From Gemmatimonadales bacterium (GTDB taxonomy: Bacteria; Gemmatimonadota; Gemmatimonadetes; Gemmatimonadales; GWC2-71-9): a DNA stretch of 64,000 nucleotides. Positions 47,247-58,029 of the stretch are shown here, piece after piece. The notes beneath the pieces are model-generated. The model had not been told where the DNA came from, did no database searches, and was given only the letters and a program-made list of their open reading frames with translations. Each line of letters begins with the position of its first letter. The stretch's first letter is position 1. The stretch covers positions 2,208,001 to 2,272,000 of the forward strand of contig OZ252244.1 in the NCBI GenBank assembly GCA_965249575.1, written 5' to 3'. The translations under genes and the position numbers were made by a program.

Positions 47247-48664
47247 TCATGTGGCCTCGCCGTGCCCCCGCCGTCGTTGACGGAACTCCCACGCCGCTCG
47301 AAGCGCGAGCCAGAAACAGCCGAGCGCAAGGATATAGGCCGTCACACGGGGTAGGGGGACGACGAGGGCGGCGGCTCCGAGGGAGCTGAAGACGATCGCC
47401 CCCGCTATCGACCGCCGGGCGCCTCCGGCCACTTGTCGTAGGGCCACCACGGCTTGCTGCGAGCGCTCCCCGCGAGAAGGCCGGTGTCCGGGAACCCGCG
47501 CAGTCGGAGTGGACCGGATCACGGCCGGCGGCAACCGCTGCGCGAGCGCGCCGGGCACCCATCCTGGCGCGCGGAGCACGACTTCGGTCGCGTACCGAAG
47601 ATCGACCCGAAACTGTGCAACCGCCGTGGCCGTAATCGACGCATCTTCGATCAGTACGTCGAGCTCGTAGTTGTTCTGAAAGCTCGAGGCATTCAGGTTG
47701 CTCGATCCGACCTTGAAGAAGTAATGGTCGACGACCACGGTCTTAGCGTGAAGCATCGGTCCTTGCCATTCCCATATGCGCACACCCGCCTCGAGCAATT
47801 CGCGATATCCCACCCTCGTAAACGCTCGAACTGGGGGAAGGTCCGTTCTGCCCGGCACTAAGAGCCTCACATCGACCCCGTCGCGTGCCGCGGCGTTGAG
47901 GGCCGCTACGAGGGACTGGGGCGCCAGTAGGTAGGCGTCGGTAATCCAGAGACGCTCGGCGGCGCTCGCGGCCAGCAACTGGATAGTGCGGAACGTTCGC
48001 GTGCTACCGGGGACTCCGTTGACCACCCTGACCGTGGCGCTGCCGCGCGATTCCGACGGTGGCGCGACTGGCGCTGACGTTGCCTCCCCTCGAGCCGCTT
48101 CCCACACCGGGTGGAAGGTCTGATCGATCATCGAGACGGCCGGCCCCGGACTTCAACCGCGGTGTCCCGCCAGGGCATGCGCTTGCGAGTCTCGTCACCC
48201 GACCACTCGTCTCCAATACACACCCCCCCGACGATCGCCCGGATTCCGTCCGTGCCCACGTATTTTCGGTGGTTCCGGCGCGCGGAACGGATCAGGCGAA
48301 ACGGATTGACAGGGTTGTAAGCACGCACCTCGACACCACGCTGCCTGAGCGCACGCCAGAATCGCCATTCCGTGGCTCGGCACCCGAAGTCGTCATAGAG
48401 GACTCGGACTCGAACTCCTCGCGACGCGGCTTCACCCAGCGCGTGGGCGAACGCGTTCCCCGTGCGGTCGTGACGGATGATGTAATTCTCGAAATGGAGC
48501 CACTTCTCCGCTTCGCCGATTGCCCGCTTCATCGCGGCAAGCGTTTCAGGGCCGTTGGGGAGGTGTGTGACGTCGTGGTCCGGGATTGAGCGGGAGCCCG
48601 AGGTCCGATCCAGCGCCCGCTCGATGCCGGAGGGGGGCAGCCGGTCGACCGCCGGAGACGTCAA
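47247..48664 (-). CDS. Cardiolipin synthase / phospholipase D family, apparent -1 frameshift near 48141-48147
   Basis: Two HKD motifs (NHRKYVGTD, HAKTVVVD) in different frames; adding one C restores WRDTAVEVRGPAVSMIDQTF; TTG start overlaps the upstream stop. Confidence 0.85.
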
Positions 48665-49236
48665 GGGCTCCCGAGTCCCAGGCGCCCTTCGATCGGCCGA
48701 AGGGCCTCGATAACGAACTGAATGTGGTCGTCCAATGGCGTCCCCAGCTCCTCGGCGCCCTGGCGAACTTCTTCGCGGCTGACGCCCTTCGCGAAGGCCT
48801 TGTCCTTCAGCTTCTTCTGGACGCTCTTGACCTGCAGATCCGCGAGACTCTTCGAGGGTCGCACGAGAGCGCAGGCTACAAGGAATCCGCAAAGCTCGTC
48901 GACCGCGAAGAGGACCCGGGCCATGAGTGTGTCACGCGGAACACCGGTATACGTCGCGTGTCCCAGGATGGCGCGGCACATGGCTTCCGGCAGCCCGCGC
49001 TCCTTCAGCAACTGCACCCCAAATGATGGATGTTCCGCAGTCGGGGAGTGTGCGGCGTTCGGATACCGCTCGTAGTCGAAATCGTGGAGCAGCCCGACCA
49101 AACCCCAGGCGTCTTCGTCGTCTCCGTATTTCGCGGCGTAGGCTCGCATTGCCGCCTCCACCGCATACATGTGTTTGCGCAGTGCTTCGGAAGCCGTGAA
49201 TTCGTGTACCAGCGCCATGGCCTCATCGTGGTTCAT
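48661..49236 (-). CDS. HD/HDIG-domain phosphohydrolase
   Basis: LRKHMYAVE, GLLHDFDYE, AILGHA, VDELCG, KDKAFA. Confidence 0.88.
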   Translation of the reverse strand: MNHDEAMALVHEFTASEALRKHMYAVEAAMRAYAAKYGDDEDAWGLVGLLHDFDYERYPNAAHSPTAEHPSFGVQLLKERGLPEAMCRAILGHATYTGVPRDTLMARVLFAVDELCGFLVACALVRPSKSLADLQVKSVQKKLKDKAFAKGVSREEVRQGAEELGTPLDDHIQFVIEALRPIEGRLGLGSP

Positions 49237-51100
49237 GTGCCGCCTCCGGGGCCCACTGTTCGAGCCAGACCTGGAATGTGAAGATCGTCCAAAGCGCTCG
49301 GGCATGGTTCGCTCGCCGGCCTCGATGTTCCCGCAGTAGTCGGTCAACCGCGGCCGGATCAACCAATCCCTGAGAGTGTAACCGTGCCGGAGCCAACAGC
49401 CGGTCGACCTCGTCTCGCAGCCCGTTGTTTACCCAAGATCCGACCGGTAGGCTGAGGCCCCGCTTACGCCGCCGTGTGATGCTCTGCGGAAGCCACGCGG
49501 CGGCGGCTTGACGCAGCACCCACTTTGTCGTGCCGCCGCGGATCTTGAGGCGGGTGTCCAGAGCGAGCCCAAACTCGGCTACCTCGCGATCAAGATACGG
49601 TGACCGCGCCTCCAATGAAGCTCCCATCGTGGCCCGATCCACCTTAACCAGCAGGTTATCTCGCAGGTACGTCTGGAAATCGAGGAGCATCGCCGCTCCC
49701 GCGGGATCCGAGGGCTCGGATACCCGGCGGCCGATGGGTCGTTCCACCGAGGCTCGGAGGCGTTGGCTCAGCGCCGATTCCGGGAGCCCGGTGCCGAACC
49801 AGGAGATGTGGCGCGTGCGCCAGGGGTGATGTGCGGCGGCAACGAATCGCTTCAGCAAGAACTCCACGGGGACCTTCTGCGTGGACACGGGAAGGGCATT
49901 CACCGCGGTGCCGATCAATCGCCGTGCGTACGGTGGGAGCCGCGTGAAGCTGGACGCCGCGAGGTGGCCGAGGTAGGTAGGGTAGCCGCCAAAGAGCTCG
50001 TCCGCGCCCTCTCCTCCCAAGACGACGCCCACGTGCTTTCTCGCCGTGCGGGCGAGCAGATGTGTGGGTAGGGTCGCGGGGTCCCCCAACGGCTCCGCTG
50101 TCAGGCGAGTGAGGGCATGCAGGGCGAACAGCATCTCGCGCTGGTTGACGAACGCTTCCACGTGATGGGTCCCGAGCTTCGTGACCACGCGCCGCGCGTT
50201 GGCACCTTCGTCGTAACTCCGTTCTCCGAGGCGGACGGTAAACGTGTGGGTGCGCTCCGGGCCGAGCACACGCGCCGCGATGGCTGCGATGAGCGACGAG
50301 TCGACCCCGCCGCTGGTAAACACGCCAACTGGGACGTCGGCCTGCGTCTGCCTGGCGACGGCGTTCTCGAGCAGCGTCCGGAGTCGCGGAACCGCGTCTG
50401 AGGGGCTCACCTCTGGAGCTTGCATGACGAGTCGGGGGTCGAAGTATCGGAACACTTCGTGGCGGCCTGCTGTGAACTCGGTGATGCTACCAGTCTCTGC
50501 CCGCTCGATGCGTGAGAACATCGTATGGGGCTCTGTTACGAAGCCCCGCATCAGAAACGAGTGCGCAGCCATGCCATTGATATCTCGTGCGATGGTTGGA
50601 TGTTCGAGCAACGCCTGTATCTCAGACGCGAACCACACCTCGTTCTGATCTCGGAGATAGAACAGCGGCTTTTCCCCTACTCGGTCACGAGCCAGGGCAA
50701 GCGTCCGGCGTCTTCCGTCCCAGCAGGCAATCGCGAACATCCCTTCGAGATCGGCGAGCCCCTGAAGTCCCTTCGAGAGGTACAGCGGGAGGATGACCTC
50801 GACGTCTGACCGCGACCGCAGTCGGTAGCGCGGGAAGCGGCTCCGGAGGTCCGGGGCATTGTAGACTTGGCCGTTGCAGGCAATCCAAACGTCTGACAGG
50901 CTCTCGGCAAACGGTTGGTCTGCGCGGCTGTGGAGGTCAACGATGCGGAGGCGCTCGACACCGAACGCGGCGTGCGTGGATTGTCTGACCCCATGCCCGT
51001 CAGGGCCCCGGTGCCGGAGTTTCGCGCCCATGCGTTCCAACCGATCGGGATACCGCAGCGGGCGGCTGTCCAACGAGACCATCCCGTAGATGCCGCACAT
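49223..51100 (-). CDS. asnB: Asparagine synthase (glutamine-hydrolysing) family amidotransferase
   Basis: MCGI N-terminal Cys, RHRGPD, ARDRVGEKPLFY, SGGVDSS, GEGADELFGGY, KVDRATM..SLEARSP. Confidence 0.9.
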   Translation of the reverse strand: MCGIYGMVSLDSRPLRYPDRLERMGAKLRHRGPDGHGVRQSTHAAFGVERLRIVDLHSRADQPFAESLSDVWIACNGQVYNAPDLRSRFPRYRLRSRSDVEVILPLYLSKGLQGLADLEGMFAIACWDGRRRTLALARDRVGEKPLFYLRDQNEVWFASEIQALLEHPTIARDINGMAAHSFLMRGFVTEPHTMFSRIERAETGSITEFTAGRHEVFRYFDPRLVMQAPEVSPSDAVPRLRTLLENAVARQTQADVPVGVFTSGGVDSSLIAAIAARVLGPERTHTFTVRLGERSYDEGANARRVVTKLGTHHVEAFVNQREMLFALHALTRLTAEPLGDPATLPTHLLARTARKHVGVVLGGEGADELFGGYPTYLGHLAASSFTRLPPYARRLIGTAVNALPVSTQKVPVEFLLKRFVAAAHHPWRTRHISWFGTGLPESALSQRLRASVERPIGRRVSEPSDPAGAAMLLDFQTYLRDNLLVKVDRATMGASLEARSPYLDREVAEFGLALDTRLKIRGGTTKWVLRQAAAAWLPQSITRRRKRGLSLPVGSWVNNGLRDEVDRLLAPARLHSQGLVDPAAVDRLLREHRGRRANHARALWTIFTFQVWLEQWAPEAAHEPR

Positions 51101-52849
51101 CTAGGCTGAGGGGGGTGCGAGCGGGGGGCGCACATGGCGTCTTCCGGGTGGCGGGGACGACCGGGGTCGAGCGAGCTCCTGCGTGCCGCACGGACCGTAA
51201 GCCGCCGTCCTCCCGGAATCCACGACCAGTCGGTACCGGCTGCTGAGGAGCGCACGCGTCTCGACATCTTCGCTTCGCACCACGAAGAGTGTTGGCCGAC
51301 CGCACTCGACGATCCGCGAGTGACCCCATTCGAGCGAGCGAATAAGCGAACCGGGCTGCGCTCGCCAACGCTCGGGTTCCCGCACCAAGTAGTTGCTGGT
51401 TAGCTCGGCGCCTGAACGCGTGACGAGGATGATTTGTCGTCGGAGGTAGAAAGGGAGGGACAGCGGGAACGTGCGGACTGCGACCACGTCGATGTTCTCG
51501 CTGAGGAGCGGGGTTATGGCGTCCGCGACGACCCGGGCCGAACGGTCGCGCCCGATCGCGTCCATGAGAGAACTGCTCACAAACGGTATAGAAGCGACGG
51601 GCAGGCTGAGTGCGAGTGCCACCGTCACCGCGTGATGAGACCGGAGCCAGGCAGCCGCTCCGGCAATCGCCGACACCGCGCCCAGGGCGAACGCGGTCGG
51701 AGGAATGGCGGATGAGACCTCTGGCGTCATCTCTATCAGGGCGTCAAACACGCCATGACCCACCACGAGCGCGAGCCCGGCGACCACGAGCGCGACCGAT
51801 GCGGCTCGCGCTCCCGTTGGACGTATTCCTGCGGCCGTCCAGAAGTTGGCGACGAGCAGGGCGATCGCTGGAATCAGTGGCAGGACATATTGCGGGCGTT
51901 TCGACTGTGACAGTGAAAAGAACACCAGCGGGACCAAGATCCAGATGAGCAAGAAGACCATACGATGGTCAGGGGTGCCGGCGCTTTGTCGGACGATTCG
52001 CACGTTACGCCAACTGCCAAGGCACACCAACGACCATGGGAACGAACCTGCGAGAACGATCGGAAGGAAGTACCAGGCGGGCCCGGTGCGTTGGAGCTTT
52101 GCCGTCGTCAGTCGCTCAAAGGTTTCCGTGATCACTACGTAACTCACGAAATCTGGTATCCGTCTGGAGAGTGCGAACACCCAGGGCAGAATGATAGCGG
52201 TGAACGTCAGGATCGCCGGTCCGGTGACGAGCGAACGCGCGGCGCCTCGCCAGATGGCGTATGGGACTGCCACCATTAGGGGAATGGCGAGTGCCACGGG
52301 TCCCTTTGTCAGCATTCCGGCCGCCATGGCCGACCAAGCGAGAGCCGTCCACACACGGTCCGGCCTGTCCGCTGTGCGGGCCTCGATCGCGTTGTAGAAT
52401 GCCGCCAGTGAGATGACGACGAACAGGGTGAGGGCGCTGTCGAAGATGACTGTGCGAGCGAACCCGAGCGTGAGCGGTGAAGATGCCAACGCCACTGGCG
52501 CGATCCAGCTCGAGGAACGGCCGAAGAGGCGGGCGGAGAACCACCAGATCACTCCCGCGAGTGCCAGGGTGAAGAGTAGTGCCGGGAGGCGGGCCGCGAC
52601 CGCGGTCGGTCCGAGTACCTCCATGAATGCCGCCGCCGCCGCGAAGTAGACGATCGGTTTGTCCAGATAGGGCAAGCCGTTCAGCCGGGGGAGTACGTAG
52701 TCGTTCGATACGGCCATCTCCCGTGCGATTTCTGCATTACGGCCCTCGTCCGGATCCAGGAGCGGATAGGCGTCCATGCGGGCTGCGAGAGCCGAGAGGA
52801 CCAAGACCACGGTCACGGCGATCGGGAGGGATCGTTTGTCGAGCTTCAT
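51101..52849 (-). CDS. ArnT/PMT-like glycosyltransferase family 39
   Basis: DPDEGRNAEIAREM, YLDKP, ARLP, LTKGPV, SKRPQYVLP. Confidence 0.9.
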   Translation of the reverse strand: MKLDKRSLPIAVTVVLVLSALAARMDAYPLLDPDEGRNAEIAREMAVSNDYVLPRLNGLPYLDKPIVYFAAAAAFMEVLGPTAVAARLPALLFTLALAGVIWWFSARLFGRSSSWIAPVALASSPLTLGFARTVIFDSALTLFVVISLAAFYNAIEARTADRPDRVWTALAWSAMAAGMLTKGPVALAIPLMVAVPYAIWRGAARSLVTGPAILTFTAIILPWVFALSRRIPDFVSYVVITETFERLTTAKLQRTGPAWYFLPIVLAGSFPWSLVCLGSWRNVRIVRQSAGTPDHRMVFLLIWILVPLVFFSLSQSKRPQYVLPLIPAIALLVANFWTAAGIRPTGARAASVALVVAGLALVVGHGVFDALIEMTPEVSSAIPPTAFALGAVSAIAGAAAWLRSHHAVTVALALSLPVASIPFVSSSLMDAIGRDRSARVVADAITPLLSENIDVVAVRTFPLSLPFYLRRQIILVTRSGAELTSNYLVREPERWRAQPGSLIRSLEWGHSRIVECGRPTLFVVRSEDVETRALLSSRYRLVVDSGRTAAYGPCGTQELARPRSSPPPGRRHVRPPLAPPSA

Positions 52850-52952
52850 GGCGTCGAGTGGAAGGGAAGCGCCCGGGGTAGAACCGTCGGTCGGTGGCGA
52901 GACCCTTGCTTTCCCCCCCCGCGCGAATTGGCGGCGGGCCCAACCGCCGCCA

Positions 52953-53372
52953 TCAGTTCAGCCCTGAGCTTCTCGGTGATGGCGGGCCGACGGCGACGGT
53001 GAGAGGCACTTGCGTCTTGATCTCGCCGTTCACCGTGATCTCGAACCGATATTTTCCGGCGCTGGCGAACGGGACGTCGAACATCAATACAGCGCCAGCC
53101 TCCACCTCGGTGATCCCGGCCGGCGGCTCTGCGAAGGTGACTCTCCCATCCCCACTCAGTACCTCCTGACCCCCCTCCGAGCACAATCGAATGCGCACGT
53201 CGTGCTGACCGACCTCCGTGCGCTTGCCCTTGAGCCGAATGACCAGATGCAAGCGTGGGTGGACGGCGGGAAGCTGGGGAACCCAGATGTGCTGGAAAAT
53301 GCCCAGCACCGACAGCTTCCCGTATTGGTCGACGATAGCGTAGTCGCATACGACGGCGAAGTCGACGTTCAC
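52953..53372 (-). CDS. Small beta-sandwich protein (DUF6941-like)
   Basis: CDYA....GKLSVLGIF...F...GKYRFEI.VNGE pattern. Confidence 0.7.
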   Translation of the reverse strand: MNVDFAVVCDYAIVDQYGKLSVLGIFQHIWVPQLPAVHPRLHLVIRLKGKRTEVGQHDVRIRLCSEGGQEVLSGDGRVTFAEPPAGITEVEAGAVLMFDVPFASAGKYRFEITVNGEIKTQVPLTVAVGPPSPRSSGLN

Positions 53373-53500
53373 GGAACCGCCAGGTAAGGAAGGCTAGTCG
53401 TACCCATCGAGGCTCCGGTGGGAGGGCTTTGCGCATGGTCGCGCTTCGGCAGAAATAAACACCGCTGCCGACCACGGCCAAGGGCGCCGGGATCGGTGGG

Positions 53501-54136
53501 CTACACCTCCGCGGAGGGGCACAGAGTCTTCACCGGGCATATCTCACATCTGGGTTTGCGCGCCTGGCACACGGCCCTGCCGTGATGGATCATCAAGTGG
53601 GGAAACAGGGTCCAGTCCTTTCGTGGCACCAGCTTCATGAGATCGCGTTCGATCTTTTCCGGGTCGGTACGACGGGTCAATTTCAGACGTCGTGATATTC
53701 TGGTCACGTGCGTGTCGACCACGATCCCCTCATCGATCCCGAACGCGTTGCCCAGAACGACGTTGGCGGTTTTTCGCCCGACGCCAGGCAGCTCGATCAA
53801 CTCAGCCATCGTACGGGGGACTTCGCCTCTATGATGGTCGACGAGCGAGCGTGCCATACCAAGGATCGACTTGGTTTTGTTCCGGAAAAACCCAGTTGGT
53901 CGGATGGCCTCTTCCACATCTTCGGTGCTGGCCTCGGCGTAGTCGCGCGCGTCTCGATATGTCTGGAAGAGACTCTTCGTCACCTCATTGACGCGGGAAT
54001 CGGTGCACTGTGCGCTGAGGATGGTGGCAACCAGCAGTTGAAGCGGGTTCTCGTAGGTGAGAGAGCATGTGGCGTCAGGGTATTGCTTCTTGAGCTTGCG
54101 GATGATGGGCTTGATGCGGTCGGCGGGCCGCTGCAT
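53501..54136 (-). CDS. nth: Endonuclease III
   Basis: LLVATILSAQCTD, LPGVGRKTANVV, VDTHV, C-x6-C-x2-C-x5-C. Confidence 0.96.
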   Translation of the reverse strand: MQRPADRIKPIIRKLKKQYPDATCSLTYENPLQLLVATILSAQCTDSRVNEVTKSLFQTYRDARDYAEASTEDVEEAIRPTGFFRNKTKSILGMARSLVDHHRGEVPRTMAELIELPGVGRKTANVVLGNAFGIDEGIVVDTHVTRISRRLKLTRRTDPEKIERDLMKLVPRKDWTLFPHLMIHHGRAVCQARKPRCEICPVKTLCPSAEV

Positions 54137-54138
54137 CG

Positions 54139-55863
54139 TCACGTTTCGCGCCGATTCGCGAACTCCCGAAAGCCCGCCAGTGGTCGCGCGTTGAGCACGT
54201 CCACCGGTCTCAGCCAGCCCTTCCGCGCGACACCCACCCCAACGTCCATATTGCCGACGGCACCGGTGCTGTGCGCGTCCGCACCAATTGAGATAGTGAC
54301 CCCAGCCTCAACCGCCTGCCGCACGAACGTCCAATCGAGGTCGAGGCGTTGGGGATCGGCGTTGATCTCGACCGCGACGCCGCGCTCAGCGGCCCGGGCG
54401 AAGACCGCGTCGAGATCCAGGGGATACGGGTCCCGCGAGAGCAGGAGGCGGCCAGTTGGGTGGCCCAGGATCGTCATGAACGGATCGTTCATCGCACGGA
54501 GAATACGATCGGTCATTTCCTTCCCACCCATGCCGAGCCGGCTGTGCACCGACGCGATAATGAAGTCGAACGAGGCGCGGATCTCAGGTGTGTAATCCAA
54601 GGTTCCGTCGGCCAGGATGTCGACCTCGACCCCCTTCAGGACCTGCAACTCGGTCTGCCCTCGGTTTGCATCATCGATTTCGCCGTGCTGGCGCGGGATG
54701 TCGTCCGGCGCCAAACCGCCGGCATATACCGCGGACTGGCTGTGATCGGTGATTCCTAGATAACCGTAGCCCGCCGCCCGACACGCGGCCGCCCACTCAG
54801 TGACTGTGCTGGTCCCGTCCGAGTAGTTGGAATGGCAGTGCAGGAACCCGAGCACGTCGGTACGCTCGATCAAGTCCGGTAGCCGACCGGACGCGGCGGC
54901 TGCAACCTCGCCGTTGCCCTCGCGCAGCTCTGGAGGGATGAGTGGGAGCCCCAGTGACTGGTAGACGTCCGCTTCGGTCGATGCCGCGAGGAGCTCGTCT
55001 TCGCGGTTCCTGATCCCCTCATCGGTCCACTGGTGTCCTTGCGCGGCCGCACGCGCAGATAACTCGCTGAGGTGCTCGGCGGATCCGGTCGCCCGGACGA
55101 GTCGGAATCCCCACTCGGTCGGCCGCGCGAGGTACACATCAGCCATGGTCCCGGTCGCGAAACGCACCGTACGCGAGTCTTCGGTAGCCCCGAGAGACTC
55201 AGCGACGCCGGGTGCGTTGCCGAGCAGGTCCAATATTTCGGCTGGGGGTCGGGAGCATTCGAGAACGAAATCCAAATCACGAATGATCTCACGTCGTCGC
55301 CGGACGCTGCCGGCGACGGCGGCGCGGGACACCCCCGGCATTGAGCCGAGAAATTCGAGCAACGCCTGAGCTTCGCCGTAAGCGTTATGGAACAGTCGAA
55401 ACTCGCTGACCTGTCGAAGGAAACGGATCCCCTTCAGCAGATTGTCGGCTGTCTTCTTGCCAAAACGGGGAAGACGCGCCAGCCGGCCGTCGCGAGCCGC
55501 GTCCTCCAACTCACCGAGCGACTCAACGTGCAGGCTCTCGTGGATCTGCCGGATCTTCGCCACGCCGAGGCCGGAGATCTTCAGCATCTCGATGAGCCCG
55601 GGGGGAACCTGGTCCCGTAACTCCTCGAGGACCGGGCTGGTCCCCGTCCGCAAGACGTCCTGCGCGATTTCGAGCATCGCAGGTCCGATCCCCCGGACCT
55701 CCGCGAGCTCTCCGGATGCGAGCGCGGAGTTCAAATCGCCCTGGAATGTCGCGATGGCGCGAGCGCCGGTGTGGTACGCGCGGACTCGGAAGGGGTTCTC
55801 GCCCTTCAACTCCAAGAAAGAGGCAATCTGCTCCAGCGTGCGCGCGACATCTTGCTTGTCCAT
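54139..55863 (-). CDS. polX: DNA polymerase X with PHP domain
   Basis: GENPFRVRAY, GSVRR..DLD, TGS..H, IPPELRE, HCHS..SDG, ITDHS, HPTGR, GADAH. Confidence 0.93.
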   Translation of the reverse strand: MDKQDVARTLEQIASFLELKGENPFRVRAYHTGARAIATFQGDLNSALASGELAEVRGIGPAMLEIAQDVLRTGTSPVLEELRDQVPPGLIEMLKISGLGVAKIRQIHESLHVESLGELEDAARDGRLARLPRFGKKTADNLLKGIRFLRQVSEFRLFHNAYGEAQALLEFLGSMPGVSRAAVAGSVRRRREIIRDLDFVLECSRPPAEILDLLGNAPGVAESLGATEDSRTVRFATGTMADVYLARPTEWGFRLVRATGSAEHLSELSARAAAQGHQWTDEGIRNREDELLAASTEADVYQSLGLPLIPPELREGNGEVAAAASGRLPDLIERTDVLGFLHCHSNYSDGTSTVTEWAAACRAAGYGYLGITDHSQSAVYAGGLAPDDIPRQHGEIDDANRGQTELQVLKGVEVDILADGTLDYTPEIRASFDFIIASVHSRLGMGGKEMTDRILRAMNDPFMTILGHPTGRLLLSRDPYPLDLDAVFARAAERGVAVEINADPQRLDLDWTFVRQAVEAGVTISIGADAHSTGAVGNMDVGVGVARKGWLRPVDVLNARPLAGFREFANRRET

Positions 55864-55874
55864 CCAGTCGCAAC

Positions 55875-56543
55875 CTACTCCTCCGCCAGTTCGAGCGCGA
55901 GTTGCGTGAGAGTGAGAAGCTCCGCGTGAGAGCTCACCGATCGAAATCCGACTTGCGCGCCTCCGTCCATCCGCGGAGCGAAGAGCGGCGCACGCAGCAT
56001 CGCGCTTGCGGCAGAAAAGTCCTCGAGCGATGCCGTTAACGAGATCTGGCTGAAGCCGCTTCTGTCCTGGCGGAGGCCAAGGACCGCGAGGACGGTGAGC
56101 TCTTCTCCACCGCGGCCCGGAGCCACGAACAGACCGTCGACTGGCTCGTGTGGCATGTCGTCACCGACCTGCGACCAGAACATTTGCTCCGGGAGCTGTA
56201 CGTAGCACGTAAGAGCTGGGGGCCTGATGGGGTGACGGGTCAACTCCCCGGCGATCACTGCTTCCAGCCGACTTCGTGTGGGTGCCAGTAGCCGGCAGCC
56301 GGACCGCCAGTAACTGTATGCTACGAAGAGGAGGGTCAGGTACTCCCCGCCGACGGCCGGTTGGCGTTCAAGTGTGTCAGGGGCTTCTAGCTGGGCAATG
56401 GCATCGTGAACCCGGGGCAACGCGGCGAACTGCGATCGGTCTGAATCGTCATGCTCACCTGCGGCAGCCTCGTCGTGGATGCTCTCGAACCAATCGTCCG
56501 CTACCTCGCCGAATACGAAGCCGAAAGGGTCCAGCCGGCTCAC
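55875..56543 (-). CDS. Hypothetical protein
   Basis: 222-aa ORF in an operon-like array, 4-nt overlap with the upstream gene. Confidence 0.65.
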   Translation of the reverse strand: MSRLDPFGFVFGEVADDWFESIHDEAAAGEHDDSDRSQFAALPRVHDAIAQLEAPDTLERQPAVGGEYLTLLFVAYSYWRSGCRLLAPTRSRLEAVIAGELTRHPIRPPALTCYVQLPEQMFWSQVGDDMPHEPVDGLFVAPGRGGEELTVLAVLGLRQDRSGFSQISLTASLEDFSAASAMLRAPLFAPRMDGGAQVGFRSVSSHAELLTLTQLALELAEE

Positions 56544-57382
56544 GGGCCACTCGGCAGGAATTCCTGCAAAATGTTGATGAAGCGATCGTACTCTTCGACG
56601 TAGGGCACGTGTCCCGACGATTCAAAAATCTCCAGCCGGGCATTCAGCAACTTGGCGGTCCGCTCCGCGGTCGTCAGCGGCACCGGATCGTATCGTCCGT
56701 GAACCATGAGCGTGGGTACCGTCAGGGCCGAAAGTTCCGACGAGAGGTCATAGTCGCCCAGGCTCTCCCACACGGCCTCCTGAGTGCGGCCGGTGACCCG
56801 AAACGGCGTGAGGTCGTGCGCCAGGGCGGGATTGCGAAAGTAGGCGGCGACCGATAGTTCGAACGCGCGTTGGCGGTAGGCTTTGGGGTCACGCTCCCGC
56901 AGCCCCGAAGCTCGGAGCCGCTCGCGCTCCTCGGTGATGCGGGGGTCACGCATGCGTTCGGCGAATCTCCTCTCGAACTCTTCGCGTCCGCCGTGGGTGG
57001 CTGCAGCCGCCGATACCAGCGCCAATCGGCCCACCTTACGCGGGTGATTGACGGCGTAGAGCATCGCTAGCAAGCCACCCCACGAATAGCCGAGAAGCGT
57101 CGCGGGTGTCGCGCTCCAATAGTCGAGGAGGGCGTCGAGGTCCTCCACGTGCTCCTTCCAACCAACCGCCACGTCGCGTGGTACCGCCGACCGACCCCCT
57201 CCGCGTTGGTCGTAATACCTGAGCGTGTGCCCTGGCGCGAGTCCATCGAACTGGGGCAGGAGGTAATCGTGGTGGGCTCCCGGTCCGCCGTGCAGCACGA
57301 TGATCTCGGGTCCCGCTCCCACGGTGCGAGCGTAGAGCTCGATCCCGTTCAATCGAATACGGTCTTCGAGGGGCGGACGCAT
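56540..57382 (-). CDS. Alpha/beta hydrolase (proline iminopeptidase-like)
   Basis: LHGGPG, YDQRGGGRS, GYSWGG, GRYD, SGH. Confidence 0.88.
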   Translation of the reverse strand: MRPPLEDRIRLNGIELYARTVGAGPEIIVLHGGPGAHHDYLLPQFDGLAPGHTLRYYDQRGGGRSAVPRDVAVGWKEHVEDLDALLDYWSATPATLLGYSWGGLLAMLYAVNHPRKVGRLALVSAAAATHGGREEFERRFAERMRDPRITEERERLRASGLRERDPKAYRQRAFELSVAAYFRNPALAHDLTPFRVTGRTQEAVWESLGDYDLSSELSALTVPTLMVHGRYDPVPLTTAERTAKLLNARLEIFESSGHVPYVEEYDRFINILQEFLPSGP

Positions 57383-57389
57383 TCGGCTC

Positions 57390-57842
57390 CTACAGCAGTG
57401 ATGCCAGGGCGTCCGCGACCCGGCGCACCGCGGCTCGCTCCTGCTCGCCGAATCCGGCCCGGTCGTCGCTATCGACATCGATCTGTCCGAGAATCTCTCG
57501 ACCGCGCCGAACGAGCACGACCAGTTCCGAGCGCGTCTCCGGGCTGCACGCCAGGTACTGGGGCGCCTGCGTCACGTCGGGAGCGTAGATGTCCCGGAGT
57601 TCGGCAACTGCCCGCCCGCACAAGCCCGTGCCCACCTGAATTCGGCGGTGCTCGGTGGGACGGCCCTCGAAGGCTTCGAGCTCGAGGAACCCATCGGATC
57701 CCAGCATGTACAGGTACACGCCGGTGTAGGGGGAACCCGCACCTCGCATCTTCACGGCCGTCAGGGATAGCAACTCTCGCCGTGTGGCGCCGTGCGAGGA
57801 CGCGGCCTGTAGGGTCCGAACGACTTCTTCCGGGTTCAGCAC
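57390..57842 (-). CDS. Stand-alone GAF protein (free Met-R-sulfoxide reductase MsrC-like)
   Basis: G.GLCG.A, YLACSPETRSELVV, GQIDVDSD. Confidence 0.8.
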   Translation of the reverse strand: MLNPEEVVRTLQAASSHGATRRELLSLTAVKMRGAGSPYTGVYLYMLGSDGFLELEAFEGRPTEHRRIQVGTGLCGRAVAELRDIYAPDVTQAPQYLACSPETRSELVVLVRRGREILGQIDVDSDDRAGFGEQERAAVRRVADALASLL

Positions 57843-58029
57843 GATCGGGCTTCGCGATCTCCGGCACAGGGGGCGGTTGCGTCGGTGTCGGCTCGGCGCC
57901 CCAAAACGGATCTCGTATTTCGTGGTGCCATATCCCTATACTTTACTTTAGTCCTAGTAAGATTCGAAATCGGGGTCGTGGGTACCGCTGGTGTCCCCGC
58001 GACGTTTGCCGTAACCTTGTCGCTCGACC

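Noticed and set aside
49223..51100. AsnB-family gene as the missing lasso cyclase
   Set aside because: It retains the N-terminal glutaminase Cys (MCGI), lies about 40 kb from the RiPP locus and abuts an ArnT-like GT39 gene, which fits a surface-glycan amidotransferase.
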